Positions 13,550 through 23,328 of a DNA stretch of 59,599 bases are shown here, piece by piece. The position numbers were made by a program, and so were the translations under genes. Below the pieces are notes generated by a model. The model was not told where the DNA came from. It saw nothing but the letters and a program-made list of their open reading frames with translations, and searched no databases. Position 1 is the stretch's first letter. Each line of letters begins with the position of its first letter. The DNA comes from Aquifex aeolicus (GTDB lineage Bacteria; Aquificota; Aquificia; Aquificales; Aquificaceae), in the NCBI GenBank assembly GCA_015662815.1, contig DQTK01000016.1, forward strand, positions 1-59,599. The letters are read 5' to 3'.

Positions 13550-13647
13550 ATTCCTTCTCCGTTTTATACTTATTCCTATTTTTGCGTTAATTTTCAGAGT
13601 TTGATTGTATTTGATAAGATAAAAAAATGGTTGAGAAGGAGGGAATT

Positions 13648-14367
13648 ATGAAGAAGTTATCTTTAATATCTCTGATATTTTTTTCTTCAATAGTCTATGC
13701 TTCCTGTCCGAGTCCTGAAAAGTTTGAAAAGAAGTTAGAAGAAATTACAAAGCGGAAACTTACAGTGGTTGAAGTTTCTCCTATAAAGGGATTAAAACTC
13801 TGTCAGGCTGTTATTAAAAACGGTTTAAGACCACTCGTAATTTATACTGATGAAAATTTGAATTACCTTATCTCGGGAAACCTAATTGATATTAAAAGCG
13901 GCAAGAATCTTACCACGGAAGCTATTAAGAAATATCAAAGGGTTTCAAAGGAAATCCTCAAGGAGCTTGAAAATCTCGTAGATTTTAGATATGGTAGAGG
14001 TGAAAAATATGTTTACTTTATATCAGACCCTGATTGTCCTTTCTGTAGAGGGCTTGAACCTATCCTAAAGGAATGGGCAAAGGAAAACAACGTTGAGATA
14101 AGACATATATTCTTTCCATTGCCTATCCATCCCAAAGCAAAGGACAAGGCTATAGATATCATCTGTAGCGGGAAAGGTTATGAATACACTCATAAAGACT
14201 TTGAACCCAAAAATCTCTGTGACGAAGGAAAGAAAAAGATCGAGAGGAACATAGAATACCTTTCAGAACTGGGTGTAAGCGGTACACCTACTCTAATAGG
14301 TATGAACGGACAGGTGTTAATAGGACTTCCCAGAAGTAAAAACGATTTGAACGAACTGATAAAGTAA
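13648..14367 (+). CDS. dsbC: DsbC/DsbG-type periplasmic thiol:disulfide isomerase
   Basis: Signal peptide, N-terminal dimerisation domain, SDPDCPFC and GVSGTPT cis-Pro loop. An alternative start exists at 13627. Confidence 0.85.
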   Translation: MKKLSLISLIFFSSIVYASCPSPEKFEKKLEEITKRKLTVVEVSPIKGLKLCQAVIKNGLRPLVIYTDENLNYLISGNLIDIKSGKNLTTEAIKKYQRVSKEILKELENLVDFRYGRGEKYVYFISDPDCPFCRGLEPILKEWAKENNVEIRHIFFPLPIHPKAKDKAIDIICSGKGYEYTHKDFEPKNLCDEGKKKIERNIEYLSELGVSGTPTLIGMNGQVLIGLPRSKNDLNELIK

Positions 14368-14610
14368 TCAGCAGCATCTTATCCAATCGATGGGGGAAGT
14401 TTCAAGTCCCATCCTTTTGTGCCATTTATGAAATTCTTCTATAAGCTCCGGATAAAGCTCTATGAGATAAAACTTTAGAGGAGTAGAAATCCCGAAAAAA
14501 TCGGTAAATAAAAGGAAAATGAATAATTCTTCCAGTTTTTGAGCTTCCCGCGCAAACTCCTGCCCGAATTTTAACCTGTAGAACTCGCTAAGGATTTCTT
14601 TCAGGTTCAA
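14368..14610 (-). CDS. Small protein ending in Cys-Cys-COOH (CC-star type, usually associated with CstA/ArsA)
   Basis: EFY...EELF...FGISTP..Y..ELYP...[11 protein letters not shown]...SP.D.IRCC-stop pattern. Confidence 0.7.
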   Translation of the reverse strand: MNLKEILSEFYRLKFGQEFAREAQKLEELFIFLLFTDFFGISTPLKFYLIELYPELIEEFHKWHKRMGLETSPIDWIRCC

Positions 14611-15835
14611 GTTTCTTTACCTCTCTCTGAAGCTTTTTAAAAGCCTTTCTTATTCCTCTTATAGCCTGTCTTATTCTGTGTTCATTCTCAACCAGAGCAA
14701 ACCTTACATATCCCTCACCGTACTGTCCAAAACCTATTCCCGGAGAGACAGCAACTTTTGCTTCTTTGAGTAAAAACATTGAAAAATCTAAAGAGTTCAT
14801 ATTGATCCACTCCGGAATCTTTGCCCATACGAACATAGTTGCCTTCGGTTTTTTCACTTTCCAACCCAACTTATTTAATCCTTCCACAAGGACATTTCTT
14901 CTCTTTTCATAGATTCTTGCGTTTTCCTCGACGATCTCATACGGACTGTCCAGGGCTATTATTGAAGCGACTTGAATCGGGGTAAATATTCCGTAATCTA
15001 AGTAACTCTTCAGATGTGCAAGATTCTTTATAAGAATTTCATTTCCCAGTACGAAAGCTACACGCCATCCTGCCATTGAGAAACCTTTGGACATTGAGTA
15101 TATTTCTACAGCTACATCTTTTGCACCTTCTATTTCAAGAATTGAAGGAGGTTTATAACCATCAAAGGCTATATCTGCATAAGCAAAATCGTGAATAATC
15201 CATATGCCATTTTCTTTAGCAAACCTTACCAAGTCCCTAAAAAAATCCCTGTCCACCGTAATAGTTGTAGGATTGTGGGGAAAACTCACTACTACTGCTT
15301 TTGGTTTAGGCATAGCGGTTTTTATAATTTCGTAAAGTCTTCTTAAGAATTCCTCTTGGCAGGTTTCATCCTCCGAAAAATTTAAAGGTACTGAATGAAC
15401 CTCTCCTCCGGCTATTATAGGGGCGTAGTAATGAATAGGATAGGTGGGGTTCGAGACGATAACGGTATCTCCCGGAGAAATCATTGCGAGCATAAGGTGG
15501 GAATAACCTTCTTTTGCCCCTATGGTTAGAATAGCCTCCCTTTCTGGGTCTAATTTTACACCGTATCTCCTCCAGTAAAAATCACATATTGCTTTTCTGA
15601 GCCTCGGTATCCCCCTTGAAGCTGAATATCCATGGACATGAGGCTTTTGAGCTACTTCGCAGAGTTTATCTATTATATGCTTTGCTGGAGGAAGATTGGG
15701 ATTTCCCATTCCCAAATCAACTATGTCCTCTCCCTGCCTTCTCATTCTATACTTCAATTCATTAACCATAGAAAAAACATATTGGGGAAGTCTCTTTATT
15801 CTAGGGAAAGCCCATTCCATAGTGTCATCAATCAT
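14588..15835 (-). CDS. PLP-dependent class I/II aminotransferase, AlaC-like
   Basis: [38 protein letters not shown] and [12 protein letters not shown] motifs. Confidence 0.9.
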   Translation of the reverse strand: MIDDTMEWAFPRIKRLPQYVFSMVNELKYRMRRQGEDIVDLGMGNPNLPPAKHIIDKLCEVAQKPHVHGYSASRGIPRLRKAICDFYWRRYGVKLDPEREAILTIGAKEGYSHLMLAMISPGDTVIVSNPTYPIHYYAPIIAGGEVHSVPLNFSEDETCQEEFLRRLYEIIKTAMPKPKAVVVSFPHNPTTITVDRDFFRDLVRFAKENGIWIIHDFAYADIAFDGYKPPSILEIEGAKDVAVEIYSMSKGFSMAGWRVAFVLGNEILIKNLAHLKSYLDYGIFTPIQVASIIALDSPYEIVEENARIYEKRRNVLVEGLNKLGWKVKKPKATMFVWAKIPEWINMNSLDFSMFLLKEAKVAVSPGIGFGQYGEGYVRFALVENEHRIRQAIRGIRKAFKKLQREVKKLEPERNP

Positions 15836-16190
15836 TTTCCATCTCCTCTTCCAATTCTTTACATTTAATGCACATAGTTGTAACAGGTCTTGCCTTTAAC
15901 CTTTCATATGGAATTTCTGTCCCGCAATTTTCACATATACCGTAGTTACCCATTTCTATTTTCATAAGTGCGTAATCAATTTTATGAATAAGTTTAGCCT
16001 CCCTGCCTCTAATCCTGAAGGTTATAAAACGGTCCGTTTCCATATCAGCTCTGTCTATTTCGTCTCCACCCTCGAAAACTACGTTGGAAGGGTCTTTAAT
16101 CTGCTGCTCAGCGGATTCTATAAGTTTTCTTCTCATTTCCAGAAGTATAGCTTTAAGTTCGTTTATCTGTTCTTCCGTCAAATGGTGCAA
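15828..16190 (-). CDS. dksA: RNA polymerase-binding protein DksA
   Basis: DEIDRA tip motif and Zn finger YGICENCG...RLKARP...CIKC; TTG start with a GGAGG SD. Confidence 0.9.
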   Translation of the reverse strand: MHHLTEEQINELKAILLEMRRKLIESAEQQIKDPSNVVFEGGDEIDRADMETDRFITFRIRGREAKLIHKIDYALMKIEMGNYGICENCGTEIPYERLKARPVTTMCIKCKELEEEMEND

Positions 16191-16219
16191 TTTTCCCTCC
16201 TAAAAATGGCTTATTTATA

Positions 16220-16777
16220 TTAATCTACAAATCTATTGGAGTCTTTTCTAATCTTTTCGAGAAGTTCCTTCTTCCCTTCAACAAAAATAGCCACCCATTC
16301 TGCTAGTCTTCTCCCTAACCTTCTGCAGGCTTCTTTTTCCTCTTCTGTTCTCGGCTCTCCTGCTATTACAGCTCCGTAATGAAGGGTAAATCTTTTTCCC
16401 ACATAGTCCGTTACACCGAAAACAAGGAATCCAAAGTTCATGAGCATCGTCAAGATAGACATACATGCTATTTCGTTTCCTCCCCCCCATCCTCCTGAGG
16501 AGGAAAAGGCACATGCTATTTTTCCATCAATTTCTCCCCAAAGGTCTCCTATAACTTCGTCGAAGAATCTCTTCATCTTCCAGGAAACTATACCCATGTT
16601 CGTCGGAGAACCTACCGCTAAACCATCAGCCCATAATATATCTTCTTTTGTTACATCATCCACATGCTTGAGCCTTACCTCAGTACCCTCAACGGAACGT
16701 GCTCCCTCCGCTACCAGCATAGCCATTTTTTCCGTATTTCCCGTTTTCGAATCGTATATTATGAGAACTCTTCCCAT
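16220..16777 (-). CDS. Multimeric flavodoxin / WrbA-family protein
   Basis: YDSKTGNTEKMA FMN loop, GSPT and FSSSGGWGGG motifs. Confidence 0.9.
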   Translation of the reverse strand: MGRVLIIYDSKTGNTEKMAMLVAEGARSVEGTEVRLKHVDDVTKEDILWADGLAVGSPTNMGIVSWKMKRFFDEVIGDLWGEIDGKIACAFSSSGGWGGGNEIACMSILTMLMNFGFLVFGVTDYVGKRFTLHYGAVIAGEPRTEEEKEACRRLGRRLAEWVAIFVEGKKELLEKIRKDSNRFVD

Positions 16778-16833
16778 AATAAAGATTTTAAAAGCTTCGG
16801 AATCTAAAAACTGAATTATGATAATTTCATAAT

Positions 16834-17484
16834 ATGGGCAAGCTATTTATTCTTTCCGCTCCTTCGGGAACCGGGAAAACAACGGTAGCACAAAAGCTTT
16901 TATCGGAGCTTGCGGATTTCGAAAGAATTGTAACTTACACCACGAGAAAGCCCAGACCCTATGAACAGCCGGGTATAGATTACGTATTTATTTCAAAAGA
17001 GGAATTTGAAAAGAAGATTAAAGAGGATTTCTTCCTTGAGTATGCAAATGTTTACGGAAATTTTTACGGAACTCCTAAGGAAGAAATAGAAAGAATAACC
17101 CAAAAAGAGGGAAAAGATGCCCTTCTGGTTATAGACGTTCAAGGAGCTTTTAAAGTAAAAGAGCTTATGCCGGATGCAATTACGATATTCCTTCTTCCTC
17201 CTTCACTCGAAGAGCTTAAAAGAAGAATAGAGGCAAGGGGTTATAGAGATGAAAATTTAGAAAAGAGACTCAGCACGGCTCATGATGAAATACCGTGTGC
17301 GCGATTCTTCGACTATATAGTTGTGAATGATTTTTTAAACGATGCAGTAGAAAAGGTAAAGTCTATAATCATTTCCTACAGGGTTGAAAGGGAGAGAATG
17401 CTGAAGGAGATAGAAAAGTTTAGATTAAATAAAGAAATAGTGATTATGGTTAAAGGAGGTAAATGTTATGTCAAGGAGACCTAA
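16834..17484 (+). CDS. gmk: Guanylate kinase
   Basis: SAPSGTGKTT, TTRKPR, YYGT-like FYGTP, DVQGA and PPSLEEL motifs. Confidence 0.97.
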   Translation: MGKLFILSAPSGTGKTTVAQKLLSELADFERIVTYTTRKPRPYEQPGIDYVFISKEEFEKKIKEDFFLEYANVYGNFYGTPKEEIERITQKEGKDALLVIDVQGAFKVKELMPDAITIFLLPPSLEELKRRIEARGYRDENLEKRLSTAHDEIPCARFFDYIVVNDFLNDAVEKVKSIIISYRVERERMLKEIEKFRLNKEIVIMVKGGKCYVKET

Positions 17485-17698
17485 GATAGAAGAAGCTTTA
17501 AAAAAAGTTGAATCAAGGTATGAGTTGGTGCACGCGGTGGTAAAGAGAACCGTTCAACTTCTGAAAGAGGGGGATGATTTTTTTATCAGAAGGGATGATG
17601 ACCTTTACAAAAAAACCTTCGCTGCTATTGAAGATATCGCAGAAGGGAAGGTGAAAATAGTTAGGAAAGATGAAATAAAAGAAAAGAGAGAGGAATGA
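17468..17698 (+). CDS. rpoZ: RNA polymerase omega subunit
   Basis: SRYELV...KR and AIEDIAEGK motifs; follows gmk. Confidence 0.9.
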   Translation: MSRRPKIEEALKKVESRYELVHAVVKRTVQLLKEGDDFFIRRDDDLYKKTFAAIEDIAEGKVKIVRKDEIKEKREE

Positions 17699-18885
17699 TT
17701 TTATTAATCTTTATCTTTGCTGTCTGCATAGCCTTTCCTTATCAAGAATTAGAAAAGGGACAAATAGAAAAAGTTTTTAGGAAATTCGGGGAAGGGGCTT
17801 TATCTTCCCTGGAGTTAAAAGTTGTAAAAGCTTATATTGAGCAATTAAAAATTCCTGTAGAACCTTATATAGAGTTGTACGCTAAGGGGCTTATACTTGA
17901 AAGAGAAGGGAAATTAGAAGAAGCAATACTGACTTATTTGAAGTCAATAGAGTTAAATCCCAATTACAATCCATCTTACTATCGATTTAATTTCCTGATA
18001 CGTAAAGTTAAAAATAAAGAGCTGTACAGACAAAAAATAGGAGAAATTTTAAAGGAAAGATTTAGAAAGGCTCCTACGGTTATCTTGGAAAATCCAAGCG
18101 ATCACTACGTATTTCTAGTGGAAAAAATGAGCCAATATCTGTTCGTTTTTAAGGGGAGTAAACTTGTGGAAATGTATCCGGTAACTACCGGGATGAATAT
18201 CGGAGATAAAGAAAAAGAAGGAGATGGGAAAACACCCGAAGGGATTTATTACTTCACTCGTTTTATACCTCCCGAAAGTCTCTCCGAAATATACGGAGGT
18301 ATAGCTGTAGCTTTAAACTATCCTAATCCCTACGATAGACTTCTCGGCAAAACGGGAAGCGGTATATGGCTTCATGGAAGTAATGAAGAGGATAGGAATA
18401 ATCTTCCCTTCAGTACGAGGGGATGTGTTGTTGCACAAACTGATATACTAAAAACTTCTTTAGCCCCAAAAATAAATTTAGAGAACACACTCATAGGAAT
18501 TTACAAGGTAATTCCCGAAAAATTGACTACGGAGGATATTGAAAGTTTTATAAAAAAATGGAAAAATGCTTGGGAAAGGAAAGATTTTGAAAAGTTTATA
18601 TCTTTTTACTCGAAGAATTTCCTCTGGAAAGGGGGAGGATTTCGTGAATGGAAAAACTATAAAAGGCGAACTATTCTCTCTAAGAGATACATAAAAATAG
18701 ATATTTCAAATCTAACCGTGTTAGCTTTTGCAAAAAACGGTGATAAACTTCCCAGGTATTATGTTGTAGAATTTTTTCAAGAGTACAATTCTGACAGCTA
18801 TGCAGATAAGGGTATTAAGAGAATGTATGTAGTAAGGGAAAAAGGACAACTAAAAATTCTATCTGAGGAATTTATAATGAGGTAG
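17695..18885 (+). CDS. L,D-transpeptidase (YkuD) family protein with a TPR and an NTF2-like C-terminal domain
   Basis: GDGKTPEG, LNYPN and IWLHG...STRGC catalytic motifs; signal peptide. Confidence 0.88.
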   Translation: MILLIFIFAVCIAFPYQELEKGQIEKVFRKFGEGALSSLELKVVKAYIEQLKIPVEPYIELYAKGLILEREGKLEEAILTYLKSIELNPNYNPSYYRFNFLIRKVKNKELYRQKIGEILKERFRKAPTVILENPSDHYVFLVEKMSQYLFVFKGSKLVEMYPVTTGMNIGDKEKEGDGKTPEGIYYFTRFIPPESLSEIYGGIAVALNYPNPYDRLLGKTGSGIWLHGSNEEDRNNLPFSTRGCVVAQTDILKTSLAPKINLENTLIGIYKVIPEKLTTEDIESFIKKWKNAWERKDFEKFISFYSKNFLWKGGGFREWKNYKRRTILSKRYIKIDISNLTVLAFAKNGDKLPRYYVVEFFQEYNSDSYADKGIKRMYVVREKGQLKILSEEFIMR

Positions 18886-18894
18886 GGGAAAAGG

Positions 18895-19230
18895 ATGGCA
18901 ATTATTTTCCTTTTTATCTTGTTTTTCAAGCTTTTGCCGTATGTGGTTTGGATTACGATGTAGAAATGAAATTCAAAATCGAGAAAAAATAGGAGAGAAA
19001 TTCAGGAGGGCGGATGTTATTTTGTATGTCCCTATAATTTATAACTCTAAGTATACGCGCTTAGTGCCTTAAATAAAATAAATAAAATAGAAGCAATTGG
19101 TATTGCAGATGGTCATTCAAAGAACTCTGTTTCGAATAAAGAAGCTGCAAAAAAGAGGGCACTGAATATAGCCAGTAAACTTTTTTCCGACATAGTTAAG
19201 AGAAAAGGTATTGTTTATATTAGTCAATAG
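18895..19230 (+). pseudogene. Frameshifted secreted OmpA/MotB-like peptidoglycan-binding protein
   Basis: Joined frames give MAIIFLFILFF/QAFA-VCGLDYD.../KIGEKFRRADVILYVP.../SALNKINKIEAIGIADGHSKNSVSNKEAAKKRALNIA. The last piece matches the OmpA-like pattern I.G..D......N..l...RA..v. Confidence 0.6.
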
Positions 19231-19981
19231 GTCTAACGTTGATGCCTTTTTCCCGTAAGAACTCTTTTAAATCCGGAATGGATATTTCCCTAAAGTGGAA
19301 TACGGAAGCTGCTAAAGTAGCCTCTACCTTAGTCCTTTTAAAAACTTCGTAGAAGTGTTCTTTTTTTCCTGCACCACCGGAAGCTATGACCGGTATGCTT
19401 ACAGCTTCAGATATTGCTTTGTTTAGGTCAATATCGTATCCATCTTTTGTTCCGTCCTTATCCATAGATGTCAGTAGTATTTCTCCTGCCCCTAAACTTT
19501 CTATCTTTTTTGCCCACTCTACGGCATCTATACCAGTGGGAGTTCTTCCTCCGTGTATATAAACTTCCCAGGAGTTGCCCTTTCTCTTTGCATCTATAGC
19601 AACTACTATACACTGGGAACCGAATCTCCTTGCTCCTTCGTAGATAAGTCGGGGATTCTTTACGGCGGCAGTATTTATAGAAACCTTATCTGCACCAGAT
19701 TCAAGAAGTTTCCTCATATCTTCAAGATTCCTGATACCCCCTCCCACGGTAAAGGGCATAAATACGGTTTCTGCTACATTTCTAACAACATCTAGCATAA
19801 TGTTTCTGTCTTCCGCAGAAGCCGTTATATCCAGGAAAACCAGTTCATCTGCACCTTCTTCTTCGTATCGTTTTGCTACTTCTACAGGGTCTCCTGCATC
19901 CCTTAGGTTTAAAAACTTTATTCCTTTGACCACTCTCCCTTTATCGACGTCAAGACAGGGAATAATCCTCTTCGCGAGCAT
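19220..19981 (-). CDS. hisF: Imidazole glycerol phosphate synthase cyclase subunit
   Basis: [21 protein letters not shown] and SMDKDGT motifs. True start at 19981. Confidence 0.97.
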   Translation of the reverse strand: MLAKRIIPCLDVDKGRVVKGIKFLNLRDAGDPVEVAKRYEEEGADELVFLDITASAEDRNIMLDVVRNVAETVFMPFTVGGGIRNLEDMRKLLESGADKVSINTAAVKNPRLIYEGARRFGSQCIVVAIDAKRKGNSWEVYIHGGRTPTGIDAVEWAKKIESLGAGEILLTSMDKDGTKDGYDIDLNKAISEAVSIPVIASGGAGKKEHFYEVFKRTKVEATLAASVFHFREISIPDLKEFLREKGINVRPID

Positions 19982-19989
19982 GAAATTTA

Positions 19990-19998
19990 TGTTATAAT
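19990..19998 (+). promoter_or_regulatory. Extended -10 promoter (TGnTATAAT) for the atpB operon
   Basis: TGTTATAAT ends 33 nt before the atpB ATG; a GAGG SD follows. Confidence 0.55.
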
Positions 19999-20031
19999 CT
20001 TCTAAGCCATCAGGCAAACGAGGTAAGGGAA

Positions 20032-20682
20032 ATGGAATATTCACATGTGGTTTACGGACTTATAGCTGTTGCAGTGGCCGTTGCCGTAATCTTAAAAGGA
20101 GGAAAACCTTCCCTTAAACCTACAAAATATCAGGCTTTGTTAGAAGGATACCTGAGATTTGTCAGAAATATGCTCATTGAAAATATAGGAGAGAAAGGGC
20201 TTAAATACACTCCTTTAATTGCTACAATCGGATTGTTTATTTTCTTCGGAAACCTTTTGGGAATGGTTCCCGGTTTTGAATCCCCTACTGCAAATATAAA
20301 TACAAATCTCGCTATAGCACTGTTAGTTTTCTTCTACTACCATTATGAAGGTATAAAGGAAAACGGATTCGCTTACTTTAAACACTTTATGGGACCCATA
20401 CCCCTTATGGCTCCATTTTTCTTTATAGTTGAGGTAATATCCCATATAGCCAGACCCATTACCCTATCTCTCAGATTGTTCGCAAATATGAAAGCTGGAG
20501 CTCTTCTCCTAATTACTCTTGTCAGTTTAGTAATCAAGAATCCATTTACCTTAGTAGTATCTCCGATAGTTCTTATATTTGTAATCGCTATAAAATTCTT
20601 GGCAATCTTTATACAGACTTACATCTTTATGATTCTTTCGGTAGTTTACTTGGCAGGAGCTGTAGCCTACGAGGAGCATTAA
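20032..20682 (+). CDS. atpB: F1Fo ATP synthase subunit a
   Basis: [20 protein letters not shown] (essential Arg) and IQTYIF motifs. Confidence 0.96.
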   Translation: MEYSHVVYGLIAVAVAVAVILKGGKPSLKPTKYQALLEGYLRFVRNMLIENIGEKGLKYTPLIATIGLFIFFGNLLGMVPGFESPTANINTNLAIALLVFFYYHYEGIKENGFAYFKHFMGPIPLMAPFFFIVEVISHIARPITLSLRLFANMKAGALLLITLVSLVIKNPFTLVVSPIVLIFVIAIKFLAIFIQTYIFMILSVVYLAGAVAYEEH

Positions 20683-20683
20683 T

Positions 20684-21091
20684 ATGAAAGCACTTATGGT
20701 AATGGTAGATTCTTATTCTGATTGTGAAAAAGCTATAAAATACGCAGTGGATTTTACCCAGAAATTGCAAACACAAGTGGAAATACTCGTTGTTCTTGAA
20801 GATGTGTTTAACCTAGAGAGGGGAAGTGTGACTTTCGGAATGCCTATACCTCCTGAAGTGAAAAGCGAATCTATAAGGAAAATAGAAAAAAAGCTAAAAG
20901 AATTGTGGTTAAAGTATGGGGGTCCCGGGAACTTTCCTAATGTTGAATACAAAGTTGGACCTTTGCATGGAGAGGTAAAAAAGTTTGTTGAAAATAAAGA
21001 TTACGAGCTTATCTTGTGGGCTTGCTATCCTTCTGCTTACCTGTGTAAGATAATAGACGAACTCAATACAGCTTCGCTTATAATCAAATAA
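20684..21091 (+). CDS. Single-domain universal stress protein-like
   Basis: USP topology (LMVMVD...AIKYAVD...VEILVV...SLIIK) without the G-x2-G-x9-GS ATP motif. Confidence 0.65.
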   Translation: MKALMVMVDSYSDCEKAIKYAVDFTQKLQTQVEILVVLEDVFNLERGSVTFGMPIPPEVKSESIRKIEKKLKELWLKYGGPGNFPNVEYKVGPLHGEVKKFVENKDYELILWACYPSAYLCKIIDELNTASLIIK

Positions 21092-21108
21092 GTTTAAGGA
21101 GGTAGGCG

Positions 21109-21408
21109 ATGAAGAAGTTACTGACATTACTTACAGTAATGATGCCTGCTCTGGCAATGGCTGCAGAGGGCGAAGCCTCAATAGGGAAAGGGCTCCTTTA
21201 CTTGGGAGCTGGACTTGCTATTGGACTCGCTGGGCTCGGCGCAGGTGTTGGAATGGGGCACGCTGTAAGGGGAACCCAAGAAGGTGTTGCTAGAAATCCC
21301 AATGCGGGCGGAAGATTACAGACTTTAATGTTTATAGGACTTGCTTTTATAGAAACAATCGCACTGTACGGATTACTAATAGCATTCATACTTCTATTCG
21401 TTGTTTAA
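21109..21408 (+). CDS. atpE: F1Fo ATP synthase subunit c with an N-terminal signal peptide
   Basis: GxGxG motif, ARNP loop and FIET carboxylate; MKKLL...ALAMA signal peptide. Confidence 0.96.
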   Translation: MKKLLTLLTVMMPALAMAAEGEASIGKGLLYLGAGLAIGLAGLGAGVGMGHAVRGTQEGVARNPNAGGRLQTLMFIGLAFIETIALYGLLIAFILLFVV

Positions 21409-21453
21409 TCTCTGCTCTTTTTCCCTTAATACTTTTATCAGGAGGATATTGGA

Positions 21454-21597
21454 ATGGTTACGGAAGGATTGAAACCGCATATATCTATAAAGAAGAAAAA
21501 AAGAAAAAGCGGTTTTCTTGCAAGGATGAGAACTAAATCAGGGAGAAAAATAATAGCGAGAAGGAGAAAGAAGGGAAGAAAGAGATTGGCTCCATAA
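21454..21597 (+). CDS. rpmH: 50S ribosomal protein L34 (not in the ORF track)
   Basis: Hand translation gives [47 protein letters not shown]; GGAGG SD at 21441-21445. Confidence 0.95.
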   Translation: MVTEGLKPHISIKKKKRKSGFLARMRTKSGRKIIARRRKKGRKRLAP

Positions 21598-21601
21598 AAT
21601 T

Positions 21602-21808
21602 ATGAAAAAAGGCTTAATCTTCCTTTTAAAATTTTGGCAAAAGACAATATCTCCTCTCTATCCTCCCTCCTGTAGGTATTATCCCACATGTTCAGATTAC
21701 GCTATTATGGCTGTTGAAAAATATGGTGTCGTTAAGGGAAGTTTAAAAGCTTTGCTTAGAATATTGAAGTGTAATCCTTTCTTTAAAGGAGGCGTAGATT
21801 ATCCATGA
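21602..21808 (+). CDS. yidD: Membrane protein insertion efficiency factor
   Basis: ISP...CRYYPTCS.Y...CNPF..GG.D motif. Confidence 0.95.
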   Translation: MKKGLIFLLKFWQKTISPLYPPSCRYYPTCSDYAIMAVEKYGVVKGSLKALLRILKCNPFFKGGVDYP

Positions 21809-23325
21809 TGGATAATGAATCCCAGTTCTGGAAAAGATTTCTCATATTTACAGTATTACTTTTTGTATTTATATTTGCTTATGAACTTTCCCTCACAACG
21901 TACATTAAACCTAAACAAACAGAAATAGCTAAGCAAACTGTAAAAGAACAAAAAAAAGAGGAATATAAAAATTTAAACGTTCCTCAATTGATGCTCGGGA
22001 CTTTTAGGGAAAAGCAGGAATACAAAGATAAAGTCTCTGTGAAATTGGGAGAATATTCATTGGAAATAGCGAAAAAAGGGGGAAAAATATTAAGGTTTAT
22101 AGATAGAAAATACGGTTTTGATGTAATCTCAAAGGCAGAAAGGGATTTAAAAATATATCCTTTAGAAATATTTACCGGTAATCCAGAGATTGACAGAAAG
22201 ATAAACTTCGGAGATTACGAGGTTGTTAATAGGAATAACAGTGTTGAGATTATTCACAAGGAATTGAAATTTAAAAAAATTCTTTCATATAAAAATGGAA
22301 CTATAGAGCTTAAGGTTGAGGGCTTAAAAACTCCCTTCTGGGTTTACGTAGGAACTCCGCCGGACGATGAGGCTTTTTACACCCATGTAGGTCCGATTTT
22401 AAAAATTAACGGTGAGGTTGTAAGACTCGATATAGGAGATTTAAAGGGTATAACGGAACTTTCCGGAAATATTGAGTTTGGAGGAGAGGAAAGCAGATAC
22501 TTCTTCAAAGGTGTTAAGGATTACGAAAAACATATCGTTTACAAGGTAAACTACAATAACGACTACATTTCCCTTTCTCTGTTCCTGTACGATTCTCCTA
22601 AGGAGCTGTATTACGGTGCTAAGGATTATGCCAGACTCAGGAATATCGGTCTTGAAGATGTACTGGATTGGGGAACCTTAAAAATAATAGTAAAACCTCT
22701 GTTTAAGTTCCTGTACTGGATTTATGAACACACGGGTAGTTGGTTTATATCTATTGTGGTTCTTACATTTCTCGTACGTGTAGTTCTTTTTCCCTTAGGA
22801 TATAAAAGCACCGTTTCTATGTTGAAACTCCAAGAATTAGCTCCACGTATGAAAAAAATAAAACAGAAGTACAAGGATGACCCGGTAAAAATGCAAGAAG
22901 AAATGATGAAGCTTTACGCGGAAACCGGTTTTAATCCTATGTCCGGATGCCTACCTTTACTACTTCAAATTCCTATATTTTTAGCTTTATATAAAGTTTT
23001 AGTAATTACCGTAGACCTTAAGATAAGTAGTTTCCTTTGGATTCCTAGCCTTGCAGATAAAGACCCTTTTTACGTGCTTCCTATTCTTATGGGACTGACT
23101 ATGATACTTCAACAAAAGCTTACTCCTTCATCTGATCCTAAACAGGCTATAGTTGGATACATTACAGCTATAGTTTTTACCCTTTTATTTATAAGCTTTC
23201 CTGCAGGATTGGTGTTATACTGGACTTTAAACAATATTCTAAATATAGTTCAAAATTACATTATAAAAAATGTATTGTTAAAAAATAAAGGGAAAATAGA
23301 TAATAAAAACAAGGGAAGGGGATGA
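21805..23325 (+). CDS. yidC: Membrane protein insertase YidC
   Basis: [25 protein letters not shown] and PAGLVLYW motifs. Confidence 0.96.
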   Translation: MMDNESQFWKRFLIFTVLLFVFIFAYELSLTTYIKPKQTEIAKQTVKEQKKEEYKNLNVPQLMLGTFREKQEYKDKVSVKLGEYSLEIAKKGGKILRFIDRKYGFDVISKAERDLKIYPLEIFTGNPEIDRKINFGDYEVVNRNNSVEIIHKELKFKKILSYKNGTIELKVEGLKTPFWVYVGTPPDDEAFYTHVGPILKINGEVVRLDIGDLKGITELSGNIEFGGEESRYFFKGVKDYEKHIVYKVNYNNDYISLSLFLYDSPKELYYGAKDYARLRNIGLEDVLDWGTLKIIVKPLFKFLYWIYEHTGSWFISIVVLTFLVRVVLFPLGYKSTVSMLKLQELAPRMKKIKQKYKDDPVKMQEEMMKLYAETGFNPMSGCLPLLLQIPIFLALYKVLVITVDLKISSFLWIPSLADKDPFYVLPILMGLTMILQQKLTPSSDPKQAIVGYITAIVFTLLFISFPAGLVLYWTLNNILNIVQNYIIKNVLLKNKGKIDNKNKGRG

Positions 23326-23328
23326 GTT

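Noticed and set aside
14317-14370. Selenocysteine read-through of the TGA after Cys-Cys
   Set aside because: No recognisable SECIS hairpin follows, the downstream bases are the antisense of dsbC, and CC-stop is the expected ending for the family.
19071-19089. Short AAATA tandem repeat
   Set aside because: It is low complexity and explained by the NKINKI codons of the OmpA-like remnant.
19982-20044. N-terminal extension of HisF in the ORF track
   Set aside because: It overlaps the atpB promoter and start; the family starts at MLAKR (19981).
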